A stretch of 64,000 nucleotides of DNA from Malacoraja senta (GCA_038087875.1 CM075996.1:10418001-10482000), one strand, 5' to 3'; positions 37,456-50,632 are shown, counted from the first letter of the stretch. Notes: generated by a model not told the origin, from the sequence alone. Numbers and translations are program-made.

Positions 37456-38357
37456 TTATGCCTCTCATCTGTCTTGGTCCACCCATTTGCCAATCAACCT
37501 CCTCACTCGTTTCCACCTAACATTTGCTAGACTTTGTCCAAACCACCTCTTTGCAGCTTTCTCCCCCAACTACAATTAGTCTGAGGCAGTTTCCACCCAA
37601 AACATCACCTATTCATGTCCTCCAGCGATGCAGCTTGACCCACTGACTTACTCCTGCACCTAACCTTAGCCTACATCTGGCAAATCATGAAAACACACAC
37701 CTCCAGATTCACGGGCAGTTTCTTCCCAGCTGTTATCAGGCAACTGAATCATCCAACTACAACCAGAGAGTAGTGTTGAACTACTACCTACCTCTTTGGT
37801 GTCCCTTGGACTATCCTCGATCAGACTTTGCAGGCTCTATCTTGCACTAAACGTTATTCCCATATCATTTTTTTTAAAGTAAAAACAAAACGTTATTCCC
37901 TTATCAGGTATTTATACACTGCAAATGGTTCGATCGAAAAGTCTTTTAAATCCCCAGCAGCACGTTCTAGACACTCGCGACCCTCCGTGTAAAAAACTTG
38001 CCTTGCACATTTTAAAACTTTGTTCCTCTCACAAAGCTATGCCCTCTTGTATTAGATTTTTTTTCCAAATGGGGAAAAAAAGACATGACTACCTACCCTA
38101 TCTATGCCTCTCATCTCTGGCCTTATTCCACCCATCTGCCAATTATTCCCACCCCCTCTCACCTGTTATCCATCTATCATCTGCCAGGCTTTATCTCACC
38201 CCAAACTTTCCCCCAGGTTTTTCACCCCCACTACAATTAGTCTGAAGACGGGTCCCCACCAGAAAAGTCTCCTATCCATGTACTCCAGATGTTGCCTGAC
38301 CCGCTGAGTTACTCCTGTACTTGGTGACTTTTGTAAACCAAGAACTGCAGTTCCTGT

Positions 38358-38933
38358 AACTGCATAATGTTTATTACTGGGGCAGCAGAGACAACTCATA
38401 CAAACTTGGTAAAACTGATAGTTATTTCCTGGTGGACAAATATAGCCACATGTCTCGTTCCTGTGGGGAGCAGGGCAGCTTCAGGGGTAATAACGCAGCG
38501 CACATGTTCACGTCACCACTCGGTCTGCGGCAGATTCCCATGCCCCACATTGAGGGTTGGTGTCCTGAGGCCTTCATCCATCCACCCGGGCCGCAACTTT
38601 AGTCTTGTACGGATCAGCGTTGCAACGGCAGTACACAAATTCCTGGGGTTGAATCGGTTTCCATTGATTCAGTAAGTCCCGCTGAAGATGTGCAGAACAC
38701 AGAGGAGTTGGTGCAATGACCTTGGGGACACCTTCAATTGACGTTAAAGTGGAGAACAAGGCAGCCGATGGGTTTATACCGAGCGATGTGGCCTCCCTTC
38801 TGCACCATCTGCGCGAAGCGGTTGGTGAGCGCCAGCGTGGTGTCCACGAAGTGATCCACGCAGCTGACCAAGCAGCTCTCAGTCCGCGAGTTGAGCCTGG
38901 AGCCCGGCTTCTCCACGCACTTGTCCCAGCACT
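38358..38933 (-). pseudogene. TIMM8B: TIMM8B partial copy (C-terminal coding part plus probable 3' UTR)
   Basis: Translates CWDKCVEKPGSRLNSRTESCLVSCVDHFVDTTLALTNRFAQMVQKGGH, a twin CX3C small-Tim sequence closely matching TIMM8B. The N-terminus is missing and there is no stop after GGH. Minus-strand AATAAA at ~38370-38375. Confidence 0.85.
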
Positions 38934-38934
38934 C

Positions 38935-40185
38935 TTTTTAAATTTTTTTATTTCAAAATAGACTTTATTCAAGTAATAAATATATACAATACGTGAACCG
39001 TGCGAAAAATTAATCCGACATTTTCGGAGGCTATACAAATAGTTCAATAGTCTATACATTTCTCAAATTTCACAAATCTGTCCCCCACCCGTGCCACTCA
39101 TGTGGCCCCCTGGCGTGGGATACCTTCCCTTATTTTGAGGGACGTCTCCACCATACCGTGCCCCCCATGTCCAGCACCGGGAGGACCCTAGACTGTGGTC
39201 CTCCCCCACCGAGCCTTGGCGTTGGCTGCACCGAGCTTCAGTGCGTCCCTCAGCACGTACTCCTGCAGTCTGCAGCGGGCCAGTCGGCAACATTCCCTGA
39301 CGGACATCTCGCTCTGCTGGGTGAACAATGCTCGGGCAGACCAAAGAGCATCTTTCACCCAGTTGATGACCTTCCAGCAGCACTCGATGTCAGTCTCTGA
39401 ATGTGTCCCTGGGAACAGTCCGTAAATCACATAGTCCTCTGTGATGGAGCTGTTCGGGATAAAGCGTTCCAGGGACCCTTGCATACTTCTCCAGACTCTT
39501 TTTGCAAATCCACACTCAATGAAGAGGTGGGCGACCGTCTCCTCTCCATAGCAGCCGTGGGCAGCGTACGCTGGTAGTGAGGTTCCGACGGTGCAGGAAG
39601 GATCTGACTGGGAGGGCTCCCCTCACCGCCAGCCAAGCCAGGTCTTGGTGCTTGTTGGTGAGTTCTGGCGATGAGGCATTTTGCCAGACAAGCTGGGCAG
39701 TCTGCTCTGGGAACCACGCCACTGGATCCATCGAGTCCTTTCCCTGCAGTGCCTGCAGGACATTCCGTGCTGACCACTGCCCAATGGACATGTGGTCAAA
39801 GGTGTTGGTCCGGAAGAACCTTTCCACAAACGACAGATGGGGCGGCAATGTCCAGCTGACTGGCACATTGTGTGGCATCTGCGCCAGGCCCATCCTTCGC
39901 AACTCCGGGGACAGATAGAACCTCAGCAGGTAGTGACACTTGGTGCCCACGTGCCTTGGCTCTACACTCCGCCTGATGCAGCCACACACAAAGGTAGCCA
40001 TCAGGGCGAGGGCGACGTTGGGCACGCTTTTACCCCGGTTGTTTGCTGACTTGTGCATTGTGGCCCGTAGCACCCGGTCTATCCTCGACCCCCAGATGAA
40101 CTGGACGACGGCCCGGGTGATCCCTGTGGCGTAGGCGGGAGGGACAGGCCACACTTGCGCCAAGTACAGCAGCCCCGAGAGCACC
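38935..40185 (-). mobile_element. 5'-truncated Tx1/L1-clade LINE (same family as 14029-15460)
   Basis: Highly similar to the 14270-15450 copy. AATAAAGTCTATTTTGAAATAAAAAAATTTAAAAA tail at 38935-38969. Confidence 0.9.
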
Positions 40186-40189
40186 TAAC

Positions 40190-40640
40190 ACCATTTCCTT
40201 CATTTTTTGAGGAAGTAGAGCAGTGGTTAGACGAGTACAAATTGTTCATGATATTCACATGCTGGGATTTGAAGCTCTCAATCATCTCCACTTCAGCACA
40301 ATTGATACAGTGCTCCACACGGCTTCCTGAAGTTGATGACCAACTCTTTTGTTTTCTTGACGTGGAGGGAGTGGTTGATGTCTACCACACCACTAAACTC
40401 TGCCTCCTCATAATTTCAGATCGAGTAGTGGCGTCATCTGTAAACTTAGAAATAGAGTTAGAGCCGAATTTAGCCACAGTCATGAGTGCACGGGGACTGA
40501 ATTAAGGGTCTGAATTTGCACACAGGAAGATTTGCTCCTTACTGACTGTGGTCTATGGATTAGGAAGTCAAGGATCCAGTTGCAAACGTGCTGAGTCCTA
40601 CGTCCAAGATTTTGCTTGAAATCATGGTGTTGAATCAATA
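40190..40640 (-). mobile_element. Degraded Rex/Babar-like LINE
   Basis: CNWILDFL..RPQSVR; SKFTDDAT; VEMIESFK. A further piece (MKCFDRLV..LDPLQF) is at 41470-41640. Confidence 0.7.
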
Positions 40641-40689
40641 AATGGGGAAATAAATGGGGCACACGGAAGGGGAAGGAAGAATTTAGTTA

Positions 40690-41460
40690 ATTAGGTTGTA
40701 AGCTACCTACGCAGAATAAGTGGTACTGTTCCTCCAGTTAGTGTGAGGCATCATCCTGGCAATGGAGGTAGCCTAGGGCAGGTGGTCAGTATGAGGTGGG
40801 GTTAAAATGGCCAATAATCAGCCTTGGTAGACAGAATGCAAGTGTTCGGTGAAACGGTTGCCTAGTCTACACTTGATATCGCCGATGTACAGGAGACGAC
40901 TTTGTGAACACCAAATGCAAATGAGGTTACAAGTGTACTTGAACCTGTTTCACCTGGAGGACTGCTGGGGTCCTTGGACAGATGCGTGGGAGGAGGAATA
41001 GGGACAGTTATTACATCTCCTGCAGTTGCTGGAGAAATTACCTGAGGATGGTCTGTTTTGCTTGGGAAGGGATGAAAGAGTGCAGTCTCTGCGGAAAGGA
41101 GCGAGGATGGGAAGATGTGAATGGTGGTGGGATCACATTAGAAGTTACGGAAATGTCAGAACCATGTGTTGAAGGACGAGGACCAAGGGAACACTATTCT
41201 TGTTCCGTCTGGAGGGAGGTGGAGCCAGAACAGAACTACGGGACACAGATGAGATGCAGCTGAGGTAGCCATCCAAGACAGCAACGGAGAAACCACGTTT
41301 ACTAAAGAAAGATGTCTGAGAATGGAAAGCCTCATCTTGGGAACAAATGTGGTGGAAACTGAGAAATTGAGAGTAAGGGATGGTGTCTTTGCAAGTGGCA
41401 GGGTGGGAGGAAGTGTAGTCTAAATAACTGAGGGAGTCAGAGGTAAATAAATGAGTCTGC
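40690..41460 (-). mobile_element. Degraded Penelope-like element coding fragment
   Basis: DSLSYLDYTSSHPATCKDTIPYSQFL..ICS (PLE RT C-terminus) and a GIY-YIG-like LYIGDIK at ~40870-40893. Another PLE 3' fragment is at ~61600-61870. Confidence 0.75.
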
Positions 41461-41859
41461 CAATACATCTCCCTGTTTTTCCAGGGACTGTGGGGCCAAG
41501 ATGATGGCGTCTACCTTGAACCTGTTGCAGCAGTAGACAAATTGCAATGGATCTAGGCTGTTTGGCAGGCTGTAGTTAACGTAAGATATGACCAACCTAT
41601 CAAAGCACTTCATGATAGTGTTTGTCAGACCCATTAATCATTAAGGAATGCATGGTTTCTCTTTGACATCAGGATATTAGTGGTTTTCTAAAAGCAGATG
41701 AGAACCACACATTGGCATAGAGTTCACAAATGTCCGTGCATACTCCTGCTGGTCCACATAGGTTCCGAGGACATGGCCAGGAACTCTATCTCAGCCAATC
41801 ACTTTATGTGGGTTCACACTCAGGGAGGCCCAGCTGACGCCTTCTATGATGTCTATGGA

Positions 41860-42799
41860 CATAGGTGCAACCAAGGCTATTGGGGTAGGTCGTGGTGCCC
41901 GCCAGAAGGTTCATTGGTTGGCGGGACCTCACCTGAAGGCTTGACGGGACCAGGAACCAGCCATAAGGATCATATGAGCCCACTCAAAGACCTGGCAGGC
42001 GTTGGAACCATGAGGGAGCTGGAAATGTCGGGCACTAGGAGTGGGCCAGAAGGAGGGTGGGAGTGGGCCAAAGATCACCATTTTATAGCAGAGGCCACAC
42101 GCTGGCAGTTGTCTGCCCAACCACCCACAGAAATCTACCTCTCAATGTACGTAGTCAGCCTTTGGAAAAACTAAGTGTTGAAACTGACTTTTAGCCTTCA
42201 AAATGTTTAAAATAACTTGGACAAGCTTATTTGGATACACTGACATCCTGCTATTGATTTTTGTTCATTCTTAAATATTTAAAAAATGCATCAGACCTTT
42301 TCAATGAAATTGAAACTTTAATTTTCGGCAGTGCAAACAAAACATTGGTAATTTAAAAGAGAAGCATAAAAATATTAAAAATTCCAGAATTTTTTAAAGT
42401 TATAGAAAAAAAAACATTGATCAAGCAGTTAAGTCATTGAAGAACTGATAATGTAAATATATACAAACTATATTTAATTTTGATGGTAAACAATGGTAAA
42501 GGGGCAAACTCATTTTTTCCTGAATAAACAAATACTGGTACTTCTGCACATCATCAGGAATCAAACACTAATATAGTTTTAGGAAATAAAAAAAGTATGG
42601 GGAAGGGGAACAAAATTAAATTTCCAACCACAAATTCCAATCACGAGCTGATACTGGATTTTATATTTAAGACGGTCAAATTACTGAATCAAACACAAAC
42701 AAAATAGGGACAAATAAATGTGAACTTTGAGGGTGGGGGCAAATTTACTTTTGAAAAGTTGCCCTGGGTAAACGGGACGAAAAAGATTGGGAACCCCTG
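41860..42799. mobile_element. Probable hAT-type non-autonomous element (right end clear, left end uncertain)
   Basis: Ends in AAAAAGATTGGGAACCCCTG, a typical hAT/Charlie terminus. AT-rich interior. Confidence 0.45.
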
Positions 42800-42801
42800 G
42801 A

Positions 42802-44236
42802 CTAGACCAAGTGGGACCCGATGTGCCCCATTCCCACAATAGAATATTTCACCACACACCCATAGACCCCAACTGCACAGGCGCGGCTGAGGGGTTCCCG
42901 TTGTGACGCCAAAGATCCCCGTTGTGACGCGAGTCACGGCAACCCTCCACCAACTGCGCCTCGCCATCCCTCTTCCTACCCCCACCCTCGTCCATTCCCC
43001 CTTATCCCCCAGCACTCCCTATCTCCCTCCTCTTCACCCTCCCTCTTCTTTCCTCTCTCCTCCTCCCCTCCCCCACTCCCTCCCACACCTCTTCCTCCCT
43101 CTCCTTTCCCCTACCCTCAGTCACTCCCTCCTTCCATAACCCATGTCCCCTCCGTATCCCTCTCCACTCCGTCTACCACCCTGGTTCCCCACTCCTCACC
43201 TCTCCCTATCCCATGCCCCCAATATCCCTCACCTCCCCCACTGCCCCCTCTACCTCTATCCCCCACTCCCCACTCCCCGACTCCTCTCCACCCCCCCTCC
43301 TCCCCCACTCTTCCTCCTTACCTCTCCCACTTTCCTCTCCCTACCGCCCTCCTCTCCCTCTATCCCCCGCTCCTCATCTCCCCCCTATCCCACTCCCCGC
43401 AATGAAAATCAAGTTTTTTTTAAATGAAACCTCCCCACATCCCAGCCCCACAATGAAAATCGCATTAAAAAAAAAAAAACGTCAAGCTGGAGTTCGGAGC
43501 CAATCAATCGATCCCACGTGGGGGAGGGTCAGTGCTCCCCCCACATGGGACCAGGACCAATCAGGCCTCGAGCGGGGTGTGGGAGCCTATCAATCAGCCC
43601 CACGTGGGGGGGGGGGGTGTCGGCGCTGCTCCCACCCTCCCTCTTCCTGCCCCTATCTTCCATTCCCCTCATCCCCCAGCACTCCCTCCTACTCTTCACC
43701 CTCTCCTCTCCTCTCCTCCCCCACCTCTCCATTCCCCTACTGTCAGTCACTGCCTCCCTCCCTCCATAACTCCTCTACCCTCCCTACCCCTCTCCTCTCC
43801 CTCTATCCCCCTGCTCCCCCCCACTCCTCACCTCCCCGCTATCCCACCCCCCACAATGAAAATTGTGATTTTTATGTAAATGAGTATCGGGATCCCATTA
43901 TGAAGTCATTGTGAATGAAAATGGAAGAATTTGAAAAAGCGGATTTATTTTAAATAGCAATTTTTTATGTAAATGAGATTCGGGATCCCATTGTGACATC
44001 ATACGCTGCCAACGGCCAGTGCCAGTGGAAGTGATTTATGCTTTTTGTAAAGTTTAAAATGTGAATAACATGAAAATATCCCATCAATCTGAACAAAACT
44101 TGCCACAGCACATCACAGGACAATGGTGAGTAAGGTGGGCCAAAAATGTAGCTCAATCGTGTACCGTTTTAGCGTAGTTTCGGGATCACATACATATTCA
44201 AACAAACAAGATGGAAGTTTTACAAATATATATAGA
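42802..44236 (-). mobile_element. Non-autonomous Helitron
   Basis: On -, A|TC start (TCTATATATATTTGTAAAAC) and CTAG|T end preceded by a GC-rich hairpin-like GGGGCACATCGGGTCCC. No TSD. Purine-rich low-complexity interior. Confidence 0.75.
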
Positions 44237-44263
44237 TGATTGTAAGATGAAAGCATGGCAGCA

Positions 44264-45429
44264 TCTATCTATATCACTAAAACTCATCTTGTTTGTTTGC
44301 GTGTGAGTGAGTCCTGGAAACGCCACCAAAACGGTACACGATAGCGCTACAATTTTTGACTCACTTACTCACCATTGTCCTGGGGTGTGCAATAGCCAAG
44401 TTTCGGTCAGATTGTTGGTATATTTTACAAGTTATTGACATTTTAAACTTTATAAAAATCACTTTTCCACTTGCTCTGCCCATCAGCCGTGTTACAATGA
44501 CGTCACAATGGGATCCTGAATCTTATTTACATTTTTTAAATCGCGATTTTCAAAATAAAATCCATTTTAATCAAATTATTCCATTTTCATTCACAATTAC
44601 GTCACAATGGCATCCCAAATATAATTTACATGAAAAAAATCACGTTTTCAAAAAAGTCAGTTTTAATCAAAATCTTCTGTTTTCATTAACAGCTGACATT
44701 GTGTTTAAGTTATTTTAAAGAAAAATCGTAATTTTTCATTGTGAGCGGGTGGGATAGGGGGGAGGTTTCATTTTCAAAAAACATTGCGATTTCCATTGTG
44801 GGGGTTGGGTTAGGGGGGGAAATTTCATTTTTTTTTAAAGGGCGATTTTCATTATGGGGGGAATGGGATAGGGGAGGTGAAGAGTGGGGGAGCAGGGGGA
44901 TAGGGAGATGAGGGGGAGAGGGAAGGGAAAGTGGGAGAGGTGAGGAGGGAGAGTGGGGGAGGGGGTAGAGGGAGAGGAGGGGGGAGGTAGGGAGTGGGAA
45001 ATAGAGGGAGAGGAGGACTGGGGGAGGTGAGGGAGAGTGGGAGTGGGATAGGGGGGTGTGAGGAGTGGGGGAGCAGGGAGATAGAGGGAGAGGAAGAGGG
45101 TAGGAAGGGGAGAGGAGTTATGGAGGTGAGGGAGTGAGTGAGTGTAGGGGAAGGGAGAAGGAGGGAGAGGTGAGGGAGAGAGTTGGGGAAGGGAGGTAGA
45201 GAGGGGAAAGGAGGGAGGGTGGAGGGGGGGAAGTGCTGGAGGATGAGGGGGAATGGAGGAGGATAGGGGTAGGAAGAGGGATGGGGAGGGTTGCCGTAAC
45301 TCGCGTCATAATGGAGATCTCTGGTGTCACAACAGGAATCCCTCAGCCGCACCTGAGCAGTTGGGGGCTATGGGTCATTGGTGGAATATTGCTTTGGGGG
45401 ATGGGCCCAACGGGTTCGACCTGGTCTAG
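44264..45429 (+). mobile_element. Non-autonomous Helitron (related to 42802-44236)
   Basis: A|TCTATCTATATCACTAAAACT start, GGGCCCAACGGGTTC subterminal hairpin, CTGGTCTAG|T end. Confidence 0.8.
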
Positions 45430-45580
45430 TTGAAAATAAGTGTGATAAATTTGAATAAAAGCAAAGTGATGGGTGTTAAATCAAAACATGAAATACTGCC
45501 TTTGTGTGGTGTACTGGCAAACTTGCATGATATTCTTGCTGGAGATCTGAGGTGGGGACAATTCATGTTCAGCACAGCAG

Positions 45581-45586
45581 TTTATT
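45581..45586 (-). promoter_or_regulatory. Candidate SUN2 poly(A) signal
   Basis: First minus-strand AATAAA I could find after the stop, ~280 nt downstream. Confidence 0.4.
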
Positions 45587-45863
45587 CCTGACAGATACAA
45601 TGCCCACATTGATCTATATTGAAATGTGGTTGGATGTGAAGCTTCAGATGCAAAGAAAGTAAAAATTGGCAAGATTTGTAGGGTAGGGTTGTAGAGCACG
45701 GGGTAGAGGTTGGTCGGGTTGTAGTGGTTAGCAGTGTTGAGTGGGCTTTTGTTGTTAGCAGTGTTGAGGATTGTGCAATAAAGTGACAAAACAGTGAAGA
45801 CAGTAAAAATCCAGAATCATAGTTTGAACGCCAGGATGAGCACGGGGCAGCCGACTTCCAGAA

Positions 45864-45977
45864 TTACGCCGCTGGATCTCCGTGGACACGGAACCGGTAG
45901 AGGCATGTGTATTCTGGATGGCCCCAGTTCTTATGCACCCGCAGTTCGATGACTTTGTATGCGGGAGCATCTTTATT
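45864..45977 (-). CDS. SUN2: SUN2-like terminal coding exon
   Basis: ctttgtag|NKDAPAYKVIELRVHKNWGHPEYTCLYRFRVHGDPAA*, the SUN-domain C-terminal signature. 114 nt. Confidence 0.92.
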   Translation of the reverse strand, partial: NKDAPAYKVIELRVHKNWGHPEYTCLYRFRVHGDPAA

Positions 45978-46194
45978 CTACAAAGCTAAAAAAACAAAAT
46001 GACAGATCAGGGAACCTGTGCTTCAGTATGAAAGTACTGTAGGCAGGAGAGAAGATGGATTAGCTACAAAGCAGACTTGAAACATCCTGCTGATCATGGA
46101 TTTCAGGACATTCTATTCAATTACATACAGCATTGATAACAAGCATTTTATCATGGAAAAGGTAGATGATTTACAGAGGTATGAGAAGAACATG

Positions 46195-46575
46195 GATAAC
46201 GTACAAAATTCTTATGGGGTTGGACATGCTAGATGCAGGAAGATTGTTCCCGATGTTGGGGAAGTCCAGGACAAGGGGTCACAGCTTAAGGATAAGGGGG
46301 AAATCCTTTAAGACCGAGATGAGGAAAAACTTTTTCACACAGAGAGTGGTGAATCTCTGGAACTCTCTGCCACAGAGGGTAGTTGAGGCCAGTTCATTGG
46401 CTATATTTAAGAGGGAGTTAGATGTGGCCCTTGTGGCTAAGGGGATCAGGGGGTATGGAGAGAAGGCAAGTACGGGATACTGAGTTTGGATGATCAGCCA
46501 TGATCATATTGAATGGCGGTGCAGGCTCGAAGGGCCGAATGGCCTACTCCTGCACCTATTTTCTATGTATCTATG
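46195..46575 (+). mobile_element. CR1 LINE 3' fragment
   Basis: Near-identical to 58620-58993. Confidence 0.9.
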
Positions 46576-47870
46576 TAACCATATAATCATATAACAATTA
46601 CAGCACGGAAACAGGCCATCTCGGCCCTTCTAGTCCGTGCCGAACACTTACTCTCACCTAGTCCCATTCTACCTGCACTCAGACCATAACCCTCCATTCC
46701 TTTCCCGTCCATATACCTATCCAATTTATTTTTAAATGATAAAATCGGACCTGCCTCCACCACTTCCACTGGAAGCTCATTCCACACAGCTACGACTCTC
46801 TGAGTAAAGAAGTTCCCCCTCATGTTACTCCTAAACTTTTGTCCCTTAATTCTCAAATCATCTCTTGTTTGAATCTTCCTTACTCTCAATGGAAAAAGCT
46901 TATCCACGTCAACTCTGTCTATCCCTCTCATAATTTTAAAGACCTCTATCAAGTCCCCCCCTAAACCTTCTGCGCTCCAAAGAATAAAGACCTAACTTGT
47001 TCAACCTTTCTCTGTAACTTAGGTGCTGAAACCCAGGCAACATTCTAGTAAATCTCCTCTGTACTCTCTCTATTTTGTTGACATCTTTCCTATAATTTGG
47101 CGACCAAAATTGTACACCATACTCTAGAATTGGCCTCACCAATACCTTGTACAGTTTTAACATTACATCCCAACTTCTATACTCAATGCTCTGATCCTAG
47201 ATCCCTCTGTTCAACTGCATTCCTCAATTCGCTACCATTTACCATGTACATCCTATTTTGATTTGTCCTGCCAAGATGTAGCACCTCACACTTATCAGCA
47301 TTAAACTCCATCTGACATCTTTCAGCCCACTCTTCCAAATGGCCTAAATCTCTCTGTAGACTTTGAAAATCTACTTCATTATTCACAACACCACCTATCT
47401 TAGTATCATCTGCATATTTACTAATCCAATTTACCACACCATCATCCAGATCATTGATGTATATGACAAACAACAGTGGACCCAACACAGATCCCTGAGG
47501 CACCCCACTCGTCACCGGCCTCCAACCTGACAAACAGTTATCCACCATTACTCTCTGGTATCTCCCATTCAGCCACTGTTGAATCCATCTTGCTACTCCA
47601 CTATTAATACCCAACAATTGAACTTTCTTAACCAACCTTCCATGTGGAACCTTGTCAAAGGCCTTACTGAAGTCCATATAGACAACATCCACCGCTTTAC
47701 CCTCATCAATTTCCCTAGTAACCTCTTCAAAAAATTCAAGAAGATTAGTCAAACATGACCTTCCAGGCACAAATCCATGTTGACTGTTCATAATCAGACC
47801 CTGTTTATCCAGATGATTATATATATTATCTCTAAGTATCCTTTCCATTAATTTGCCCACCACTGATCTC
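46576..47870 (-). mobile_element. CR1 LINE (different subfamily), 3' ~1.3 kb
   Basis: [42 protein letters not shown], with an (ATATGGTT)-like tail. Confidence 0.95.
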
Positions 47871-50539
47871 AAATTACAGCATGAAATACTGGGAGCAACA
47901 GCTTTACTCCATGTAGCATCGTGGACGGGGAGAGAACATGCTTACTTACACAGGCTTGCTTTGCAGCAACTGACAAATTGTGAATAAAGTGGCCAAGAAA
48001 AATAAACTTCTATCCTGGAAAGATAAAATGCTGGAGTCTCAGTGGGTCAGGCAGCATTCCTGGACCTGCCTGACCTGCTGAGTTACTCCAGCATTTTGCG
48101 TCTTTCTTTGGTAAACCAACATCTGCATGTTCTTGTTTCTACAATCTGTAATCTGGTTTCATGATTGGTTTAGCAAGTTTGAAACTTGTAGATGCTTCAA
48201 GCAGATCAGCCACTGATCCAGCTCTCCTCGGTTTCCCTATCTTTGCACCTGATCCAAGTATTTCTAGCATTGTGTTTCAGTCCTCCATCACCTGCAGATT
48301 TGCAATTTTCTATTTTTAACTCGTCATTTGTTCCAGTCAATACGATATTTGCGATAATACGAGTCTGAAGAAAGGTCTCGACCCGAAACCCCTCCCATTC
48401 CTTTCTCCAAAGATGCTGCCTGTCCCACTGAGTTACTCCTGCATTTTGTGTTCATCTTCGGTGTAAAGCATCTGCAGTATCAGCATTTCCTTCTTACACA
48501 ATGCGCTATTTGCAAATCAAACTCCTGACATACTTGCCAAACATATTTAATCTTTAGCAAAAGACACATGTGAGAAAACTTATTGACAGTCCATCTGATC
48601 CCTTGGGTCAGATCTCACAGCCAAGACCCATGAGCATTACTGAAGGGGGCTGCAAATCTGTTCAGTTGAGAAGGGATCAACTGCAAGCAAGATTAGGGAA
48701 AGGGGGTTGGACATGAATCTAGATAGGGCCTCCATTGTAAGTCTTAGCTGACCAGTGGCGCAGGAACAAGAATGATTAGGATTAGATCTTGGGGATCAAG
48801 AGGCCCAGTACAGGGCCTACCTTAGGTTCTAACCAGTGTTGCATTGTTAAGGTAGAAAGAAATTGTGGAGAACAATACATCCAGAATGAAGGAGCTCGGG
48901 GAAATTAGCATTAGTAAAACAAAGAAGTAACTAAAGATGATAAATCCCCATGGCTGGACAAACTGCATCTTAATATTTTGAAAGATGGCTATAGCAACAG
49001 TGTCATCTTTCAAAATTCCATAAAAGGTGGAACTTTTCCCACAAAACAGAAATTTCAGAAAGGAGGGAGATTTAAAAAAAAGGAGTTACAGATCAATCTG
49101 CCTTTGAGTTATGCAAAATAATGCAATCTATTAATACAGAAGTAGTAACATAATGCTTAAAATAAATAGGCTGAGTAGGGTCAAGTTTGATTTTCAATGA
49201 CAAATGTTTGACAAATCCATTCAATTTTTTTTAATGGTTTAACTAGCAGGAGTAAGATGGTGTGTATTTAGACTTTCAGAAAGTGTCCAACTAAGTCCCA
49301 TTTATAATTTGGACAAAGGGATCAAAATGTATGGAAGTTTGCTAACCAAAGCAGGGTGGCTGTGTGAGCTGAACAGGATTAGGAGAGGCTTCTTTGGATA
49401 ATGACAGGTTAAATGAATGAGGAGGGACATGCAGATGAAATATCATGCCGAAAAATGGTGATAAGAAACACAAAAAAGTATGTTCTTTATAACGCAGTAT
49501 CCTGGGCATGATCAACTTGGTTGAACGTCTGTGGCAATGCCACAAAAGAAGAAAGAATGACAACCCCCTGCAAAGACCAATGCGGAGACCACATCAGATG
49601 CACAACGGGGACAATCACAGTAAATACTGCAGTTTCCAGAGTAAAAGGGATCTCAAGACACTGCATGAAAACAGCACTGTGCGAGAATTTCAAGCTTTAG
49701 TTGCCTTCACTGGAGTTCATCCCCATTCACTCACTGGTGGCTCCTGGATCATGTGATTGATCTTTGCCACCTTGATCTCCAATACTGGAATGAATCAGGT
49801 TGGCATTCTATAAAGCATTTGCCTAAAGCAAATATGTTTTAAGTGAGAAAAGGGTGGCATGGAGGCGCAGCGGTAGAGTTGCTGCCTTACAACTCCGGGT
49901 TCCAGAGTTTGTACATTCTCCCCGTAGATTTTCTTCGAGATCTTTGGTTTCCTTCCACACCAAATACAGGTTTGTAGGTTAATTGTGTTGGTATAAATGT
50001 AAATTGTCCCTCGTGTGGGTCTTGTGAGTCTGTGGAATTCTCTGCCTCAGGGGGCAGTGGAGGCAGGTTCTCTGGAAACTTTCAAGAGAGAGCTAGATAG
50101 GGCTCTTGAAGATAGGGGATATGGGGAGAAGGCAGGAACGGGATACTGATTGTGGATGATCAGCCATGATCACATTGAATGATGGTGCTGGCTTGAAGGG
50201 CCGTATGGCCTACTCCTGCACCTATTGTCTATTGTTAATATGAGTGTGCGGGGATCGTTGGTTGGTGTGGACTATGGGCCTGTTTCAGAACTGCATCTCT
50301 AAGTTAAACTAAAACATGGGTGAAGTCAGCACCAAAACTCAGAATCACAGTTCAAACACCAGGGAGCTAACTGTCAAATATTGGCACATGCCAGATTTTG
50401 GTTAACAGTTACTACATCGCAAAGCATATTTTTGTAAAAGTTAGATAAATATCTGAGGCAAAGGAAAATAAAAGCCTTCAGGAAAAGGTTATAGGATGGT
50501 TCCAGCAAAGAATCAATGATCCTTTATGCACTTCCATAC

Positions 50540-50632
50540 CTGCACTTCAAACGTCTGGATTGAATCCCCTTCCACGTTATACGTGTACTGTCCCAAAAGG
50601 ACCCCTTCGGCTTGATTTTCATCATCCAAGCC
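50540..50632 (-). CDS. SUN2: SUN2-like exon
   Basis: cag|GLDDENQAEGVLLGQYTYNVEGDSIQTFEVQ|gtatgg. 93 nt, phase 0/0. Confidence 0.92.

Noticed and set aside
38734..38933. Functional TIMM8B gene
   Set aside because: No N-terminus or credible acceptor, no stop at the expected position, CpG-type substitutions, and it abuts a LINE tail.
42903..45352. Long Pro/Ser/Leu-rich ORFs
   Set aside because: Artefacts of C-rich low-complexity Helitron interiors.
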